From: a bacterium
GTDB lineage: Bacteria; Patescibacteriota; Patescibacteriia; UBA9934
NCBI GenBank assembly: GCA_020053275.1
Contig: JAGVNL010000026.1
Location: 6,416-70,415 of the forward strand
Length of the DNA stretch: 64,000 bases
Direction: 5' to 3'
Part shown: piece by piece, positions 36,558 through 46,086 of the stretch
Position numbering within the stretch: position 1 is the stretch's first letter
Layout of the letters: each line of letters starts with the position of its first letter
Notes under the pieces: generated by a model
The model's input: the letters and a program-made list of their open reading frames with translations, nothing else
Databases searched by the model: none
Told to the model about the DNA's origin: nothing
Program-made: the position numbers and the translations under genes

Positions 36558-36995
36558 CTACTGGGCCTTCGTTAAGACATACATCGCGATTCCACTGGCT
36601 ACCGAGACATTCAGCGACTGCTTCTTGCCCATGGGGATAACTACCAATCCGTCGAGTAATCGCCGAGTTTCAACATCAATTCCCGCCACTTCGTTGCCTA
36701 ACACCAGCGCAATTTTTCTCACTCCAATCACCCCAATATCCTTTGCCTCATCCCCCGTTTCCAAACCGAGCACAGTGTAACCCGCCGTCCGGCACTCGTC
36801 GATAGCTTGGCTAATCTCAGCCTTAACCCAGTCAACCAAAAGCTCGGCACCCAAAGCGACCTTAGCAATCTCCTTGCGTGGCGGCGTCTCCGTAAACCCC
36901 GTCAAATATAGCTTTTCTATGTTAAAAGCAGCCGCATTACGGAATATACTACCAACATTGTGCAGGCTGCGAATGTCGTGGACGATAATGATCAT
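36558..36995 (-). CDS. SpoU/TrmH-family tRNA 2'-O-methyltransferase (TrmL-like)
   Basis: 145 aa SPOUT fold. 'LGNEVAGI' and 'SLNVSVASGIAMY' motifs. Confidence 0.75.
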   Translation of the reverse strand: MIIIVHDIRSLHNVGSIFRNAAAFNIEKLYLTGFTETPPRKEIAKVALGAELLVDWVKAEISQAIDECRTAGYTVLGLETGDEAKDIGVIGVRKIALVLGNEVAGIDVETRRLLDGLVVIPMGKKQSLNVSVASGIAMYVLTKAQ

Positions 36996-37078
36996 AGCGG
37001 TGTGAGCATACTAGGATTAGCCAAAAACGACAATTTCTGGCATAGTCGCGGCAAATCAACCTGTAATCTCAATTCAAT

Positions 37079-38233
37079 ATGAGCCAGTTCCCTACTCTCC
37101 GTACCAACCTTTGTCCCAACCCCGACCTCTGCGGCAGCTGCGGCTGGTCACATATTCCCTACGACAAACAGCTCCAACAAAAAATGTCGGACATTAACGG
37201 CAGCTTTGCGATCAAAAAATTACGCTACCAGGTCGAGGAAATTATTGGCGCTAACCAAACCGAACACTACCGCAACCGCATGGACTTCGTAATTGACTTC
37301 CAAGGTAAAGTTGGCCTACGCGAAAAAGGTAAATGGTGGAGCGTGATTGACGACCACACCTGCTTCCTGGGCGACGAGAAAATCGAAGAGCTCTTCCACA
37401 CTACCCGTACCTGGAGCAAAACCGCCGGCCTCACCTTCTTTGACCGCAAAGCCCATACCGGCCTACTCCGTTACGCCGTCATTCGTGCCACGAGCACTGG
37501 CGAAAGCATGATTACCATCGTGACTAGTGCGCCAACAGACGAAATCGAAAAAGCCGCCATCACCACAGCCCTACAGAATTTAGCCGAAGTCTCCAAGGCT
37601 ACCACCGTTGTTTGGTCAATCAATCACACTATTACTGATGTCAGTTTCGGCGACGAGCTCATTACCATCACGGGTGAGGGCGTAATCAACGAGGAAATCG
37701 GTGGTGTTAAGTATTGCATTTCACCTAATGCCTTCTTCCAAACAAACTCCCACATGGCCGCCGTGCTACTCGACACCGTCCGCGAGTTTGCTGGCGACCT
37801 AACAGATAAAACTCTACTCGACCTCTACTGCGGCACTGGTTTCTTTGGCCTAGCCCTCGCCTCCCATGCTAAAAAAACCATCGGCGTAGAACTTAACGCC
37901 GACGCCATCAAGGATGCCAAGGTCAACGCCGCCATAAATAAAGTCGAAATTGACTTCCACGATTTCGCCACAGAAAAGTTTGATTGGATGTCGCTCGGCG
38001 CCGATGTCGTAATTCTCGACCCACCTCGCAGCGGCATGCACGACAAAGCCCTGGCCGACATCATCGCCACTAAACCAGAACGCATCGTCTATATCTCCTG
38101 CAACTACAAAAACTTCGCCCGCGAGCTAGTACAACTGCAAACCTACTACACCATCGAATCCATGCGCGCCATTGATATGTTCCCCCACACTCCCCATGTA
38201 GAACTGGTCACCGCCCTTGTCCGTCGTCCATAA
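37079..38233 (+). CDS. RNA (uracil-5-)-methyltransferase, RlmD/RumA/TrmA family
   Basis: N-terminal Cys cluster 'CPNPDLCGSCGWSH', SAM motif 'DLYCGTGFFGLALA', 'ILDPPRSGM', and catalytic 'YISCN'. Confidence 0.8.
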   Translation: MSQFPTLRTNLCPNPDLCGSCGWSHIPYDKQLQQKMSDINGSFAIKKLRYQVEEIIGANQTEHYRNRMDFVIDFQGKVGLREKGKWWSVIDDHTCFLGDEKIEELFHTTRTWSKTAGLTFFDRKAHTGLLRYAVIRATSTGESMITIVTSAPTDEIEKAAITTALQNLAEVSKATTVVWSINHTITDVSFGDELITITGEGVINEEIGGVKYCISPNAFFQTNSHMAAVLLDTVREFAGDLTDKTLLDLYCGTGFFGLALASHAKKTIGVELNADAIKDAKVNAAINKVEIDFHDFATEKFDWMSLGADVVILDPPRSGMHDKALADIIATKPERIVYISCNYKNFARELVQLQTYYTIESMRAIDMFPHTPHVELVTALVRRP

Positions 38234-38296
38234 TCGTGCTACTCTCTCCCCTTATTTAATCGGCGCCGAGTAACCCTCGACGATCACCTAACCTCT

Positions 38297-39154
38297 ATGA
38301 AAAAGTCAGGATTCGTGTCAATCATCGGCCGCAGCAATGTCGGCAAATCAACCCTGCTCAACAGCTTAGTCGGCAGCAAGGTCTCCATCACCACGCCAAA
38401 GCCACAAACAACTCGTCGCCCAATCCAAGGTGTTATTACTTGCGACCAGGGTCAAGCAGTGCTCGTCGACACCCCAGGCTTCATGCAAAAAGCTCGCGAT
38501 CCACTAACCCAAAAATTAACCGGTTGGATTAAAGACGCTTTGCGCGATGTTGAACTGGTAATTTATGTAGTGGACCCTACTCGTCAGATTGGCGACGAAG
38601 AAAAAGCATCACAGCGCATGATTGAGCATGTCACCGTGCCAAAACTCCTCGTCATCAATAAAATGGACGACCCAACATTCCGTTACAATGTAGACTTCTA
38701 CCGCGACCTCGCCAAAAAGTTTGACGCTTATGTAGAGGTTTCTGCCCTCACTGGTAAAGATGTTAACCTAATCAAGCGCTGGATCTTCGACAACCTGCCA
38801 GAAGGCGAAGCACATTACCCAGACTTCCAGCTCACCAACCAAAGCAACAAAGAATGGCTGAGCGAACTCATTCGTGAAAAACTCTTCCTCCGTTTGCGTG
38901 AAGAATTGCCATATTCCACCCATGTCGAGGTTGAAGACATCAACGAACGCCAAAACGGTGTAGTCTATGTCAAAGCCACCGTTTTCACCTCTGCCGCTCG
39001 TTACAAACCGATGATCATCGGCGTTGGTGCGCGAGGCATAAAAGAAATAGGCCAAGCCACTCGCCGCGAACTCGAGGCCATCACCAACAAAAAATATTAT
39101 CTTGATCTCAATGTTGAGGTCGACGCCAGCTGGCTCAACCGTTTGGAAATATAA
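38297..39154 (+). CDS. era: GTPase Era
   Basis: G1 'GRSNVGKST', G2 'TTR', G3 'DTPG', 'NKMD', and a C-terminal KH domain. Confidence 0.9.
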   Translation: MKKSGFVSIIGRSNVGKSTLLNSLVGSKVSITTPKPQTTRRPIQGVITCDQGQAVLVDTPGFMQKARDPLTQKLTGWIKDALRDVELVIYVVDPTRQIGDEEKASQRMIEHVTVPKLLVINKMDDPTFRYNVDFYRDLAKKFDAYVEVSALTGKDVNLIKRWIFDNLPEGEAHYPDFQLTNQSNKEWLSELIREKLFLRLREELPYSTHVEVEDINERQNGVVYVKATVFTSAARYKPMIIGVGARGIKEIGQATRRELEAITNKKYYLDLNVEVDASWLNRLEI

Positions 39155-39205
39155 AAAAACATCTCCCGGAGGCAAGCAAGCCCTCCGGGAGATGTTTTTT
39201 GTTTT
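39153..39205. terminator. strong bidirectional rho-independent terminator after era
   Basis: 13-bp perfect stem catctcccggagg / cctccgggagatg flanked by an A-run and a T-run. Confidence 0.7.
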
Positions 39206-39215
39206 TGATTCAGAA

Positions 39216-39467
39216 TTAATCTTTTCTTACAATACCGACAATACCACCAAGCACTGCACCCAACACTGTACCAACAGTCATGGAACCGACTGAAAGATAG
39301 CTAACGGCTCCAGCGTAACTACCAGCGTCACCATACCTAGCAATCAAAGCCATAATGGCGCCGAGGACAATGCCCCCTACCAAGCCAAACAAGCTACCCA
39401 AGAAAGCGTGAGCCACTGTGCGGTAAAATGGGTCGCTGAAAGTGTTCAACTTCATGTTCAATTTCAT
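39216..39467 (-). CDS. small glycine-zipper membrane protein
   Basis: 83 aa with GxxxG-rich helices ('LGSLFGLVGGIVLGAIMAL', 'VGTVLGAVLGGIVGIV'). Confidence 0.45.
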   Translation of the reverse strand: MKLNMKLNTFSDPFYRTVAHAFLGSLFGLVGGIVLGAIMALIARYGDAGSYAGAVSYLSVGSMTVGTVLGAVLGGIVGIVRKD

Positions 39468-39476
39468 ACACGAAAA

Positions 39477-40376
39477 TTAATAACTAACTGAGTTAATTGT
39501 ATACCCTGCTAAGGATTTTACCAGACTCATAGAAGAAAGCATAGTAAACCCTAACGATAGCGGTTTTATTGACACCTTGAGGATGAGTGGATTCTCCGGA
39601 TTTGCCAAAACCACATAGTCGGCCAATTTACTGCTGGCCTTCACCGTTCGCACTTTTGTCGCTACTCCATTCACCAGCAACTCGTAACTCCCCCAATCCT
39701 CGGCCGCTGTCAGTTTTGTAATGTCAGTATTACTGGTAGAGTCACCGTCGGCCAGCTTACCTTGCAATTTGTCTAACGCCGATGTCACATTACTACCGAA
39801 ATTCAAAACATTTTGTAACGATGAATCAAACAATCCCAGCGCTATATGACTCTCGCGTTCAGTTACTAATTCATCATACTGTGCCTTAGAAAGCCATAGC
39901 AAACTATTCTGCTCTCCATTCACATCATAATCACCCGTTGGCCAATACGCTGGCAACAAAATCCGTTCCGCATTGCCAAGCGCGTCTGTAGTGATGGAAC
40001 CCTCAGTATCAATGTCCACATAAACTGGATCCGGTATCTTCGCGATCTGTCCAACTGGTACTTTTGACGCCGCTGCTCGTGCTGCCACAGACTCTACCGT
40101 TTCTTCTCGCGACTTCAGTGTCCATGATAGCTTAGTTGACAATCCAGTCTGCCAATCATCAATAACAATCTGCCGTTTACCATAAATAGGATCGCTTGGC
40201 GTAGTAATACCAAACCAATTTTGCCCAACTGTAATAGTCGACCCAGCCTTAAAATCTACCACCTCCGCTGTTTCAGCTGCGGGTGCTTCTTGCTGCCATG
40301 GCAAGCAGCCACTGCCAATCGTCAGCAGCAACGATCCAGTCAGCAGAAAAGAACTAACACGATTATAAATCTTCAT
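39477..40376 (-). CDS. lipoprotein, unknown function
   Basis: Signal peptide ending in a lipobox 'TIGSGC'. 299 aa, no known motif. Confidence 0.5.
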   Translation of the reverse strand: MKIYNRVSSFLLTGSLLLTIGSGCLPWQQEAPAAETAEVVDFKAGSTITVGQNWFGITTPSDPIYGKRQIVIDDWQTGLSTKLSWTLKSREETVESVAARAAASKVPVGQIAKIPDPVYVDIDTEGSITTDALGNAERILLPAYWPTGDYDVNGEQNSLLWLSKAQYDELVTERESHIALGLFDSSLQNVLNFGSNVTSALDKLQGKLADGDSTSNTDITKLTAAEDWGSYELLVNGVATKVRTVKASSKLADYVVLANPENPLILKVSIKPLSLGFTMLSSMSLVKSLAGYTINSVSY

Positions 40377-40377
40377 A

Positions 40378-40638
40378 TTATTTTCCTAAAGCCCAAGCCT
40401 TCAACGCTTCATAATCTGCACTCCCACAAATGTTTTTCTTGCTTTCAGTATTGTAAAAAAACGGTACACCACCACATTCACCAGAATCACACTTTTCAAG
40501 GTTGGCGGCGTTCTGTTCATTATTCCAAACCTCAAATTTCTCTACACTGACACCTAACTCATTCTCCAACTGCTCGACGAGCGGCCTCATAGTGATACAA
40601 TGCGGACAAGTCTCCCCGTAAAATTCTTGCAAAGCCAT
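40378..40638 (-). CDS. thioredoxin-fold CxxC protein (glutaredoxin/NrdH-like)
   Basis: 'FYGETCPHCITMRPLV' CPHC active site in an ~86-aa protein. Start at the internal Met; the ORF-track start at 40677 adds 13 aa. Confidence 0.55.
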   Translation of the reverse strand: MALQEFYGETCPHCITMRPLVEQLENELGVSVEKFEVWNNEQNAANLEKCDSGECGGVPFFYNTESKKNICGSADYEALKAWALGK

Positions 40639-40679
40639 AACTATTTTAATAGTATTAAACCGATTATAGTTTATCACTT

Positions 40680-41309
40680 ATGACCAATCGTCGCACTATT
40701 ACTCTTATTGCCTGCATAGTATCACTAGCAACCCTGCTACTTGTTGGTAATCGATTAGGCTATTTCTGGGCTGGTGGTGATAGTGTTATTGAACCCGAAA
40801 CTACCGAGCTTATTGATGTCTTTGCTGCCACCAGTAACAGTCATGCCGCCGACACCCAGCTTACCACCTATCTCCCTGGAGAAATTATCTCGACGCCAGC
40901 CGACCAGTTCTTCGCCCTCCGCACCAACGGCCCTACCAACGCCCCAGTCTTTAATCTAGACATTAACTCACAATTAAAAATCGTGGAGACCGCTGGCGAC
41001 GATATTACCATCAACCTAATTACTGGTCGCTTAGTAGTCGACGGCCGGGTAACTGTTGTTGTCCGCGATACCACCATCAGCCTCGACGGTATTGCTACTC
41101 TAGTAAACTATAACTGGCTTGAAAAAATGGATGTCAGCGTGCTCTCAGGCACTGCCACAATTCATCAGGGCCAGTACTCCACCGTCGTCCGCGATAATCA
41201 TGCTGTGAGCCTAGACACGCTGCCGCCATTTAACGAAATCAAACCGACCTCGTTCAGTCTTGACGCAACTTCCGTAAAAGTCTTTTACGACTGGGCACTC
41301 GGGCGCTAA
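40680..41309 (+). CDS. membrane-anchored secreted protein, beta-rich (FecR-like?), with an N-terminus paralogous to the M23 peptidase at 3-1214
   Basis: 'MTNRRTITLIACIVSLATLLLVGNRLGYFWAGG' versus 'MTKRQTITLLAIIPLMVVVLFGSRIGYVWADD' in gene 3-1214. The rest is beta-rich. Confidence 0.5.
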   Translation: MTNRRTITLIACIVSLATLLLVGNRLGYFWAGGDSVIEPETTELIDVFAATSNSHAADTQLTTYLPGEIISTPADQFFALRTNGPTNAPVFNLDINSQLKIVETAGDDITINLITGRLVVDGRVTVVVRDTTISLDGIATLVNYNWLEKMDVSVLSGTATIHQGQYSTVVRDNHAVSLDTLPPFNEIKPTSFSLDATSVKVFYDWALGR

Positions 41310-42682
41310 AGCTCAAACGATTGACCAAGCTGAGGAACTGTAACATTAGTAATTCCTTGCGTTTTTAGAAAATCAGTAAAACGATTTTTAATATCAGTTT
41401 CCCCGTGCGTCAAAAAAATCTTCGGCACTGCACCATGCAACGGATGCATAAATTTTAACAACTTAGTTCTATCGCCATGTGCAGAGAATGATTCAATGTT
41501 ATGGATTGACGCCTTAACCGCAACCTTGTCATGAAAAATCTCAACCGTTTTAGCGCCATCCTGTATTTGCCTGCCCAATGCGTAAGCCGCCTGATAACCA
41601 ATGATCAGAATAGCCGACTTTACATCACCAAGATACCGCAACATATGGTGTAAAATACGCCCACCAGACATCATACCGTTACCAGCAATAATAATTTTCG
41701 GCTTGTGGTTCACATTAATTTCTAATGACTCCCGTTGCGTTAGCGTCTCATGCAAATTTGGAAAAGCAAAAAAGTCACCATCATTGCTGGCTGGATGATC
41801 AAACACTAAATACGCTTTGCAATCACGGTAAATCTCCGTCGCTCTAATGGCTAGCGGGCTATCAAGATAAATCGGCACCTCTGGTATCTTTTTCTCACTA
41901 AGTAAAATATCAAGTTCATACAATAACTCCTGCGTTCGCTCAATCGAGAAAGCTGGAATCATCAGCGTCCCTCCCCTGCCAATTACCGTATTAACTACCT
42001 CTGCTAATTTAGCCCCTCTTGTTGACACCTCTTCGTGCACTTTATCGCCATAAGTTGACTCGCAAATTAAAATATCTGCATGATCGAGCGGTTCAGTATC
42101 TGGCAAAATCGGCGTATTGTCATTGCCCAAGTCACCACTAAACACGATTCGTTCCAGTTTACCTGTCGCTGTCTCACTACCATCAATATCAAGCGTAATA
42201 TACGACGACCCCAAAATATGACCAGCGTCATGAAACATGGCGAGCACTCCCGGTGCCACTTGTACCTGCTCCCCATAACTCACACCCTTCATGTGACCCA
42301 TGCAAGCCACCACATCCGCCTCCTCGTACGGCACACCATGGCCACATTTCGCCGCCTGACTACGCATTACGCTAAGCGAATCCTCCAGCACGATATGCGC
42401 CAAACTCTTGGTTGGCGTGGTGGCATAAATAATTCCAGTAAACCCATCTCGTACTAACTTTGGTAAACGGCCAGTGTGGTCAAAATGCGCGTGCGTCACC
42501 AAGGCCACAGAAATTTCTGACGCCTCAAACGAAAAATCCTTCATGTTAGTTGTCGCACAAGCTGGCTCACCCTGAATGGCACCACAGTCAATCAATATAT
42601 TCGCCTTACTGGTTTGCAATAAAAAACAAGACCCAGTAACAGACTCGGTGGCGCCATAAAATGTGAGTTTCATACCAATCAA
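41306..42682 (-). CDS. MBL-fold beta-CASP RNA-metabolising nuclease
   Basis: 'VTHAHFDHTGRLP' HxHxDH motif plus a C-terminal beta-CASP/RMMBL region; 458 aa. Confidence 0.65.
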   Translation of the reverse strand: MIGMKLTFYGATESVTGSCFLLQTSKANILIDCGAIQGEPACATTNMKDFSFEASEISVALVTHAHFDHTGRLPKLVRDGFTGIIYATTPTKSLAHIVLEDSLSVMRSQAAKCGHGVPYEEADVVACMGHMKGVSYGEQVQVAPGVLAMFHDAGHILGSSYITLDIDGSETATGKLERIVFSGDLGNDNTPILPDTEPLDHADILICESTYGDKVHEEVSTRGAKLAEVVNTVIGRGGTLMIPAFSIERTQELLYELDILLSEKKIPEVPIYLDSPLAIRATEIYRDCKAYLVFDHPASNDGDFFAFPNLHETLTQRESLEINVNHKPKIIIAGNGMMSGGRILHHMLRYLGDVKSAILIIGYQAAYALGRQIQDGAKTVEIFHDKVAVKASIHNIESFSAHGDRTKLLKFMHPLHGAVPKIFLTHGETDIKNRFTDFLKTQGITNVTVPQLGQSFEL

Positions 42683-42892
42683 TTATTCTTTTGGAACACG
42701 AGCTACATATTCGTCAAACCTATCCTTCAAATGCGTCTCCTGCCCTTCAGTATTTTGATCTAAATCTAAGCCACCAATATCGATGTTATCATTTATTACA
42801 CTCTCAACTATCGAGTCATAACCCTCCTTATCCAAAACCATATCCAACTCTCCTCGTTCCACAATCTGCTCGAACAATTCATCTTCAGTCAT
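42683..42892 (-). CDS. small acidic hypothetical protein (69 aa)
   Basis: Abuts the beta-CASP gene stop; Asp/Glu-rich; no motif. Confidence 0.35.
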   Translation of the reverse strand: MTEDELFEQIVERGELDMVLDKEGYDSIVESVINDNIDIGGLDLDQNTEGQETHLKDRFDEYVARVPKE

Positions 42893-42989
42893 AAGATATA
42901 ATCAATTATCGTAGCCTTAGTATAGCATGAGAGGCGGGGTAGACCGAACAGCTTGCCAGGAACGCTAAAATCTGCTATTATTCTCGCTT

Positions 42990-44120
42990 ATGTCAGCCCT
43001 TAATTGGTCATCAATTCCTCGTCCGATTATCGCCCTCTCACCGATGGCAGACATGACCGACTCCGCCTTTTGTCAGGTTGTAAAAGAAGTAACAGATAAT
43101 CAGCGCTTCGAACTAGAGGCTTCGTCACAGCGGGTGGCGACGAGCAGGTGCCCTGCGGGTCGCGCCGTTGCAGCCTCTGCAACTAGCGACTCGGAGGGTG
43201 CGAGTCAGACAGGACCCGCTGCAACCAAAAAGAGATCCAATGAGCTCATTGTTTTCAGAGAAATGGTTTCGGCGGAAGCTGTTGTACGCGGCAATAACAA
43301 AACTTTAGAAATGACGGCAATCAACGACGCCGAACGGCCGCTCGTACAACAACTCTTTGGTAGCGATCCGGTATCCATGGCCAACGCTGCAAAAATGATT
43401 GAAGCAGAACATCACCCTGAGGGCTTTGGCATCAACATGGGTTGCCCAGTTTACAAAATCGTGCACAATTTTAATGGTGCTGCACTAATGCAGAATATGG
43501 AACTAGCGAGCAACATCGTTCGTGCCGTGAAGGCGGCCATCACCGTCCCCTTGTCTGTAAAAATCCGTCTTGGTTGGAGCAATCCAAACGACTGCGTCGC
43601 CTTTGCGCAAGCTTTGGAAGCCGCCGGTGCCGACTTGATCACCGTTCATGGTCGTACTAAAGTACAGGGTTATGGCGGCGTAGCGGACTGGCGCCAAGTC
43701 GGCGAGGTAAAAAAAGCTGTCAGCATTCCAGTCCTCGTCAACGGCGACATTCACACCGCAGAAAAAGTGGTTGAGGCACTTGCGCAAAGTAACGCCGACG
43801 GTGTCCTTATAGCTCGTGGTGCGCTCGGCAACCCCTGGATTTTCTCCCAGATAAACGAGGTGTTAGCTGGCCTGCCAATCACCCAAGTAACTATCAGTGA
43901 ACGACTGCGCGTCGTCCGTCGCCATCTCGATTTACACCTTGAACAATACGGCGAATCGTCAGTTCCAACATTCCGCAAACATCTCTCATGGTACTTTAAG
44001 GGCCAGCCTCACATGAAGGACTATAAACAAAGTATGATGACGGCCTCGACCAAGGTTGAACTGACAGCTATACTTGACGCATTCCTCGCCGCACATAACA
44101 CTACCAAAACTATTATATGA
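42990..44120 (+). CDS. dus: tRNA-dihydrouridine synthase with a ~48-aa low-complexity insertion
   Basis: 'SPMADMTDSAF', 'GFGINMGCPV' and 'VKIRLGW' Dus motifs. GC-rich insert 'QRFELEASSQRVATSRCPAGRAVAASATSDSEGASQTGPAATKKRSNE' lies between conserved blocks. Confidence 0.8.
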   Translation: MSALNWSSIPRPIIALSPMADMTDSAFCQVVKEVTDNQRFELEASSQRVATSRCPAGRAVAASATSDSEGASQTGPAATKKRSNELIVFREMVSAEAVVRGNNKTLEMTAINDAERPLVQQLFGSDPVSMANAAKMIEAEHHPEGFGINMGCPVYKIVHNFNGAALMQNMELASNIVRAVKAAITVPLSVKIRLGWSNPNDCVAFAQALEAAGADLITVHGRTKVQGYGGVADWRQVGEVKKAVSIPVLVNGDIHTAEKVVEALAQSNADGVLIARGALGNPWIFSQINEVLAGLPITQVTISERLRVVRRHLDLHLEQYGESSVPTFRKHLSWYFKGQPHMKDYKQSMMTASTKVELTAILDAFLAAHNTTKTII

Positions 44121-45061
44121 AGATCGGTATCCTCACATTCAGCAAAACAAAAAAAGCCTTAGCGGTTGGTACGCTTAGTATTGCCAAAGAAGCAAAAAAA
44201 CGGGGCCACGAAGTCACCTTCCTGTACAGCAATAATGTTGGTCTCGTTTTTGGCAACGGTAAACGCATTTCCTACGAAGGCCAAAACATCACACCAGCCG
44301 ACTTTGCAGTAATTCTTGTTCGTCCCGGCTTTACCGGCGACCCTAGTATTAACGCTAGCATCATTAAGCAGTTTCAACTCGCAGGATTTTTTGTAATAAA
44401 TAATTACCTAGCAGTCTTCCGTGCCAAAAACAAAATTCGTACCATGCAGATGCTCGACTACTTCGGCGTGCCTGTACCAAAAACACTGGTCGTAGCTAAT
44501 CCAGCACAAATCGCAGCTGCTGCTGCCGAGTTTACCTTCCCAGTTATTATCAAAACAATTTTTGGCACACACGGCACCGGCGTCTTCATTGCAGAAAGCA
44601 TGCGTTCACTTTCCCCAATCGTCGACTACCTAACTAAAAAAGAACGAGGTCCAATCAAACTCCAAGAATATATTGCCGAAGCTCAAGGCAAAGACATCCG
44701 CGCCTTCGTCTGCGGTAAAAAAATTGTCGCCGCCATGGAACGCGTTGCCAAGGACGGCGAGTTCCGCGCCAACTTTCACAAAGGTGGTAGTGTTGGCAGC
44801 GTCATCCTAACAAAGCTCGAGCAACAGCTCGCCATTAAAGCTTCCCTAATTCTCGGCCTAGACATTTCTGGCGTTGACATTCTGCGCACTAACTCTGGCC
44901 CAAAAATTATCGAAGTTAACAGCAACCCCGGCTTGGAAGGTATCAGCAAAGCAACTAATATCCCCGTCGCCGCCAAGGTGGTAGACTTCATCGAACACCG
45001 CGTCGCCACCGTCGGCCTCAAACGCGCCAAGCCACTACCGAAACGGAGGATGATTGAGTAA
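44117..45061 (+). CDS. rimK: RimK-family ATP-grasp alpha-L-glutamate ligase
   Basis: 'QEYIAEAQGKDIRAFVCGKKIVAAMERVAKDGEFRANFHKGG' closely parallels RimK '[42 protein letters not shown]'. Confidence 0.7.
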   Translation: MKIGILTFSKTKKALAVGTLSIAKEAKKRGHEVTFLYSNNVGLVFGNGKRISYEGQNITPADFAVILVRPGFTGDPSINASIIKQFQLAGFFVINNYLAVFRAKNKIRTMQMLDYFGVPVPKTLVVANPAQIAAAAAEFTFPVIIKTIFGTHGTGVFIAESMRSLSPIVDYLTKKERGPIKLQEYIAEAQGKDIRAFVCGKKIVAAMERVAKDGEFRANFHKGGSVGSVILTKLEQQLAIKASLILGLDISGVDILRTNSGPKIIEVNSNPGLEGISKATNIPVAAKVVDFIEHRVATVGLKRAKPLPKRRMIE

Positions 45062-45112
45062 TTGACGCTAACCCCCCAAAATGTTATCTTCCTCTCGCAA
45101 TACATAGATTCA

Positions 45113-45186
45113 TCCGGGATCGTCTAGCGGCAGGACACCTCCCTCTGGAGGAGGGTACCGTGGTTCGAATCCACGTCCCGGAACCA
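45113..45186 (+). tRNA. tRNA-Gln (anticodon CUG), CCA encoded
   Basis: U1:A72 acceptor pair TCCGGGA/TCCCGGA, T-arm CGTGGTTCGAATCCACG, anticodon loop CUCUGGA. Confidence 0.75.
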
Positions 45187-45188
45187 AC

Positions 45189-45217
45189 AAAAAATCAGCC
45201 TCTGGCTGGTTTTTTGT
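45189..45217 (+). terminator. rho-independent terminator after tRNA-Gln
   Basis: aaaaaatcagcc-tct-ggctggttttttg. Confidence 0.55.
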
Positions 45218-45271
45218 CTACTATTAGACACTTATTGCGGATTTTACTAAAAAACCGTACTCTTTCGCTAT

Positions 45272-45730
45272 ATGGATCATAATACTTTTAAGGAATTAGA
45301 CGGCGGCAAAATCCGCGTCGCGATTGTTCGCGCGCGATTCAACGAGGAAATTACGCAAGGCTTATTAAACGGTGCTGTTGAGGCTCTACACCAGGCTGGC
45401 GTCACCGACGACAAAATTAAAGTTATCGAGGTTCCTGGCTCGTTTGAAATCATTCACGCCGCCAATGTTATCGCCAAGCAAAACACCTACAACGCAATTA
45501 TCTGCCTCGGTTGTATTATTCGCGGTTCTACCAAGCACGACGAGTACTTGGCAAGCGCCGTATACAGTGCGATGAAGGATATTATAATCGAACACAGCGT
45601 GCCAGTAATCGCCGCCGTACTAACTGTGAACGACAAGCAACAGGCGGTGGAGCGATCAAGCACTGGCCCCATGAACCGCGGCACCGAAGCTGCACTCGTG
45701 GCACTCGAAATGGCTAACCTCTCACTATGA
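45272..45730 (+). CDS. ribH: 6,7-dimethyl-8-ribityllumazine synthase
   Basis: 'IRVAIVRARFNEEITQGLLNGA' and 'VPGSFEI' lumazine synthase motifs; 152 aa. Confidence 0.8.
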   Translation: MDHNTFKELDGGKIRVAIVRARFNEEITQGLLNGAVEALHQAGVTDDKIKVIEVPGSFEIIHAANVIAKQNTYNAIICLGCIIRGSTKHDEYLASAVYSAMKDIIIEHSVPVIAAVLTVNDKQQAVERSSTGPMNRGTEAALVALEMANLSL

Positions 45731-46086
45731 TAATCCGAGGTACAGTAACCGCTGGCTTAGGAATAGCCAGCAAAGTATTCGGCATACCAACTGCCAATCT
45801 TATTATCAACGAACCATTAAGTCTAAACTCTGGCGTCTACATTGGCCACACAAGCTTCAACGGTACTTCATATCCATCTATTATTTGCTATGGAATCGGA
45901 TCCACAAACAAATTCGAGGTACATTTACTTAATACAAATCTCAATCTATACGGAGAGACCTTAACTGTCGACATCGGTGAAAAAATAAGTGAGATAGTTG
46001 CCGAACCAGACCTAGAAAAGCTCAAAACAAAAATACTAGCAGATGTTGAAAAAGCTAAACAACATTTCCGCCAAATGCATCCGTAA
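45727..46086 (+). CDS. riboflavin kinase domain protein (monofunctional RFK)
   Basis: 'GTVTAGLGIASKVFGIPTANL' is the RFK glycine-rich flavin-binding motif. 119 aa. ATGA overlap with ribH. Confidence 0.6.
   Translation: MIIRGTVTAGLGIASKVFGIPTANLIINEPLSLNSGVYIGHTSFNGTSYPSIICYGIGSTNKFEVHLLNTNLNLYGETLTVDIGEKISEIVAEPDLEKLKTKILADVEKAKQHFRQMHP

Noticed and set aside
45187-45271. FMN riboswitch upstream of ribH
   Set aside because: Only about 85 nt are available, and part of that is the tRNA-Gln terminator. That is too short for an RFN element, and no conserved FMN-aptamer motifs were seen.
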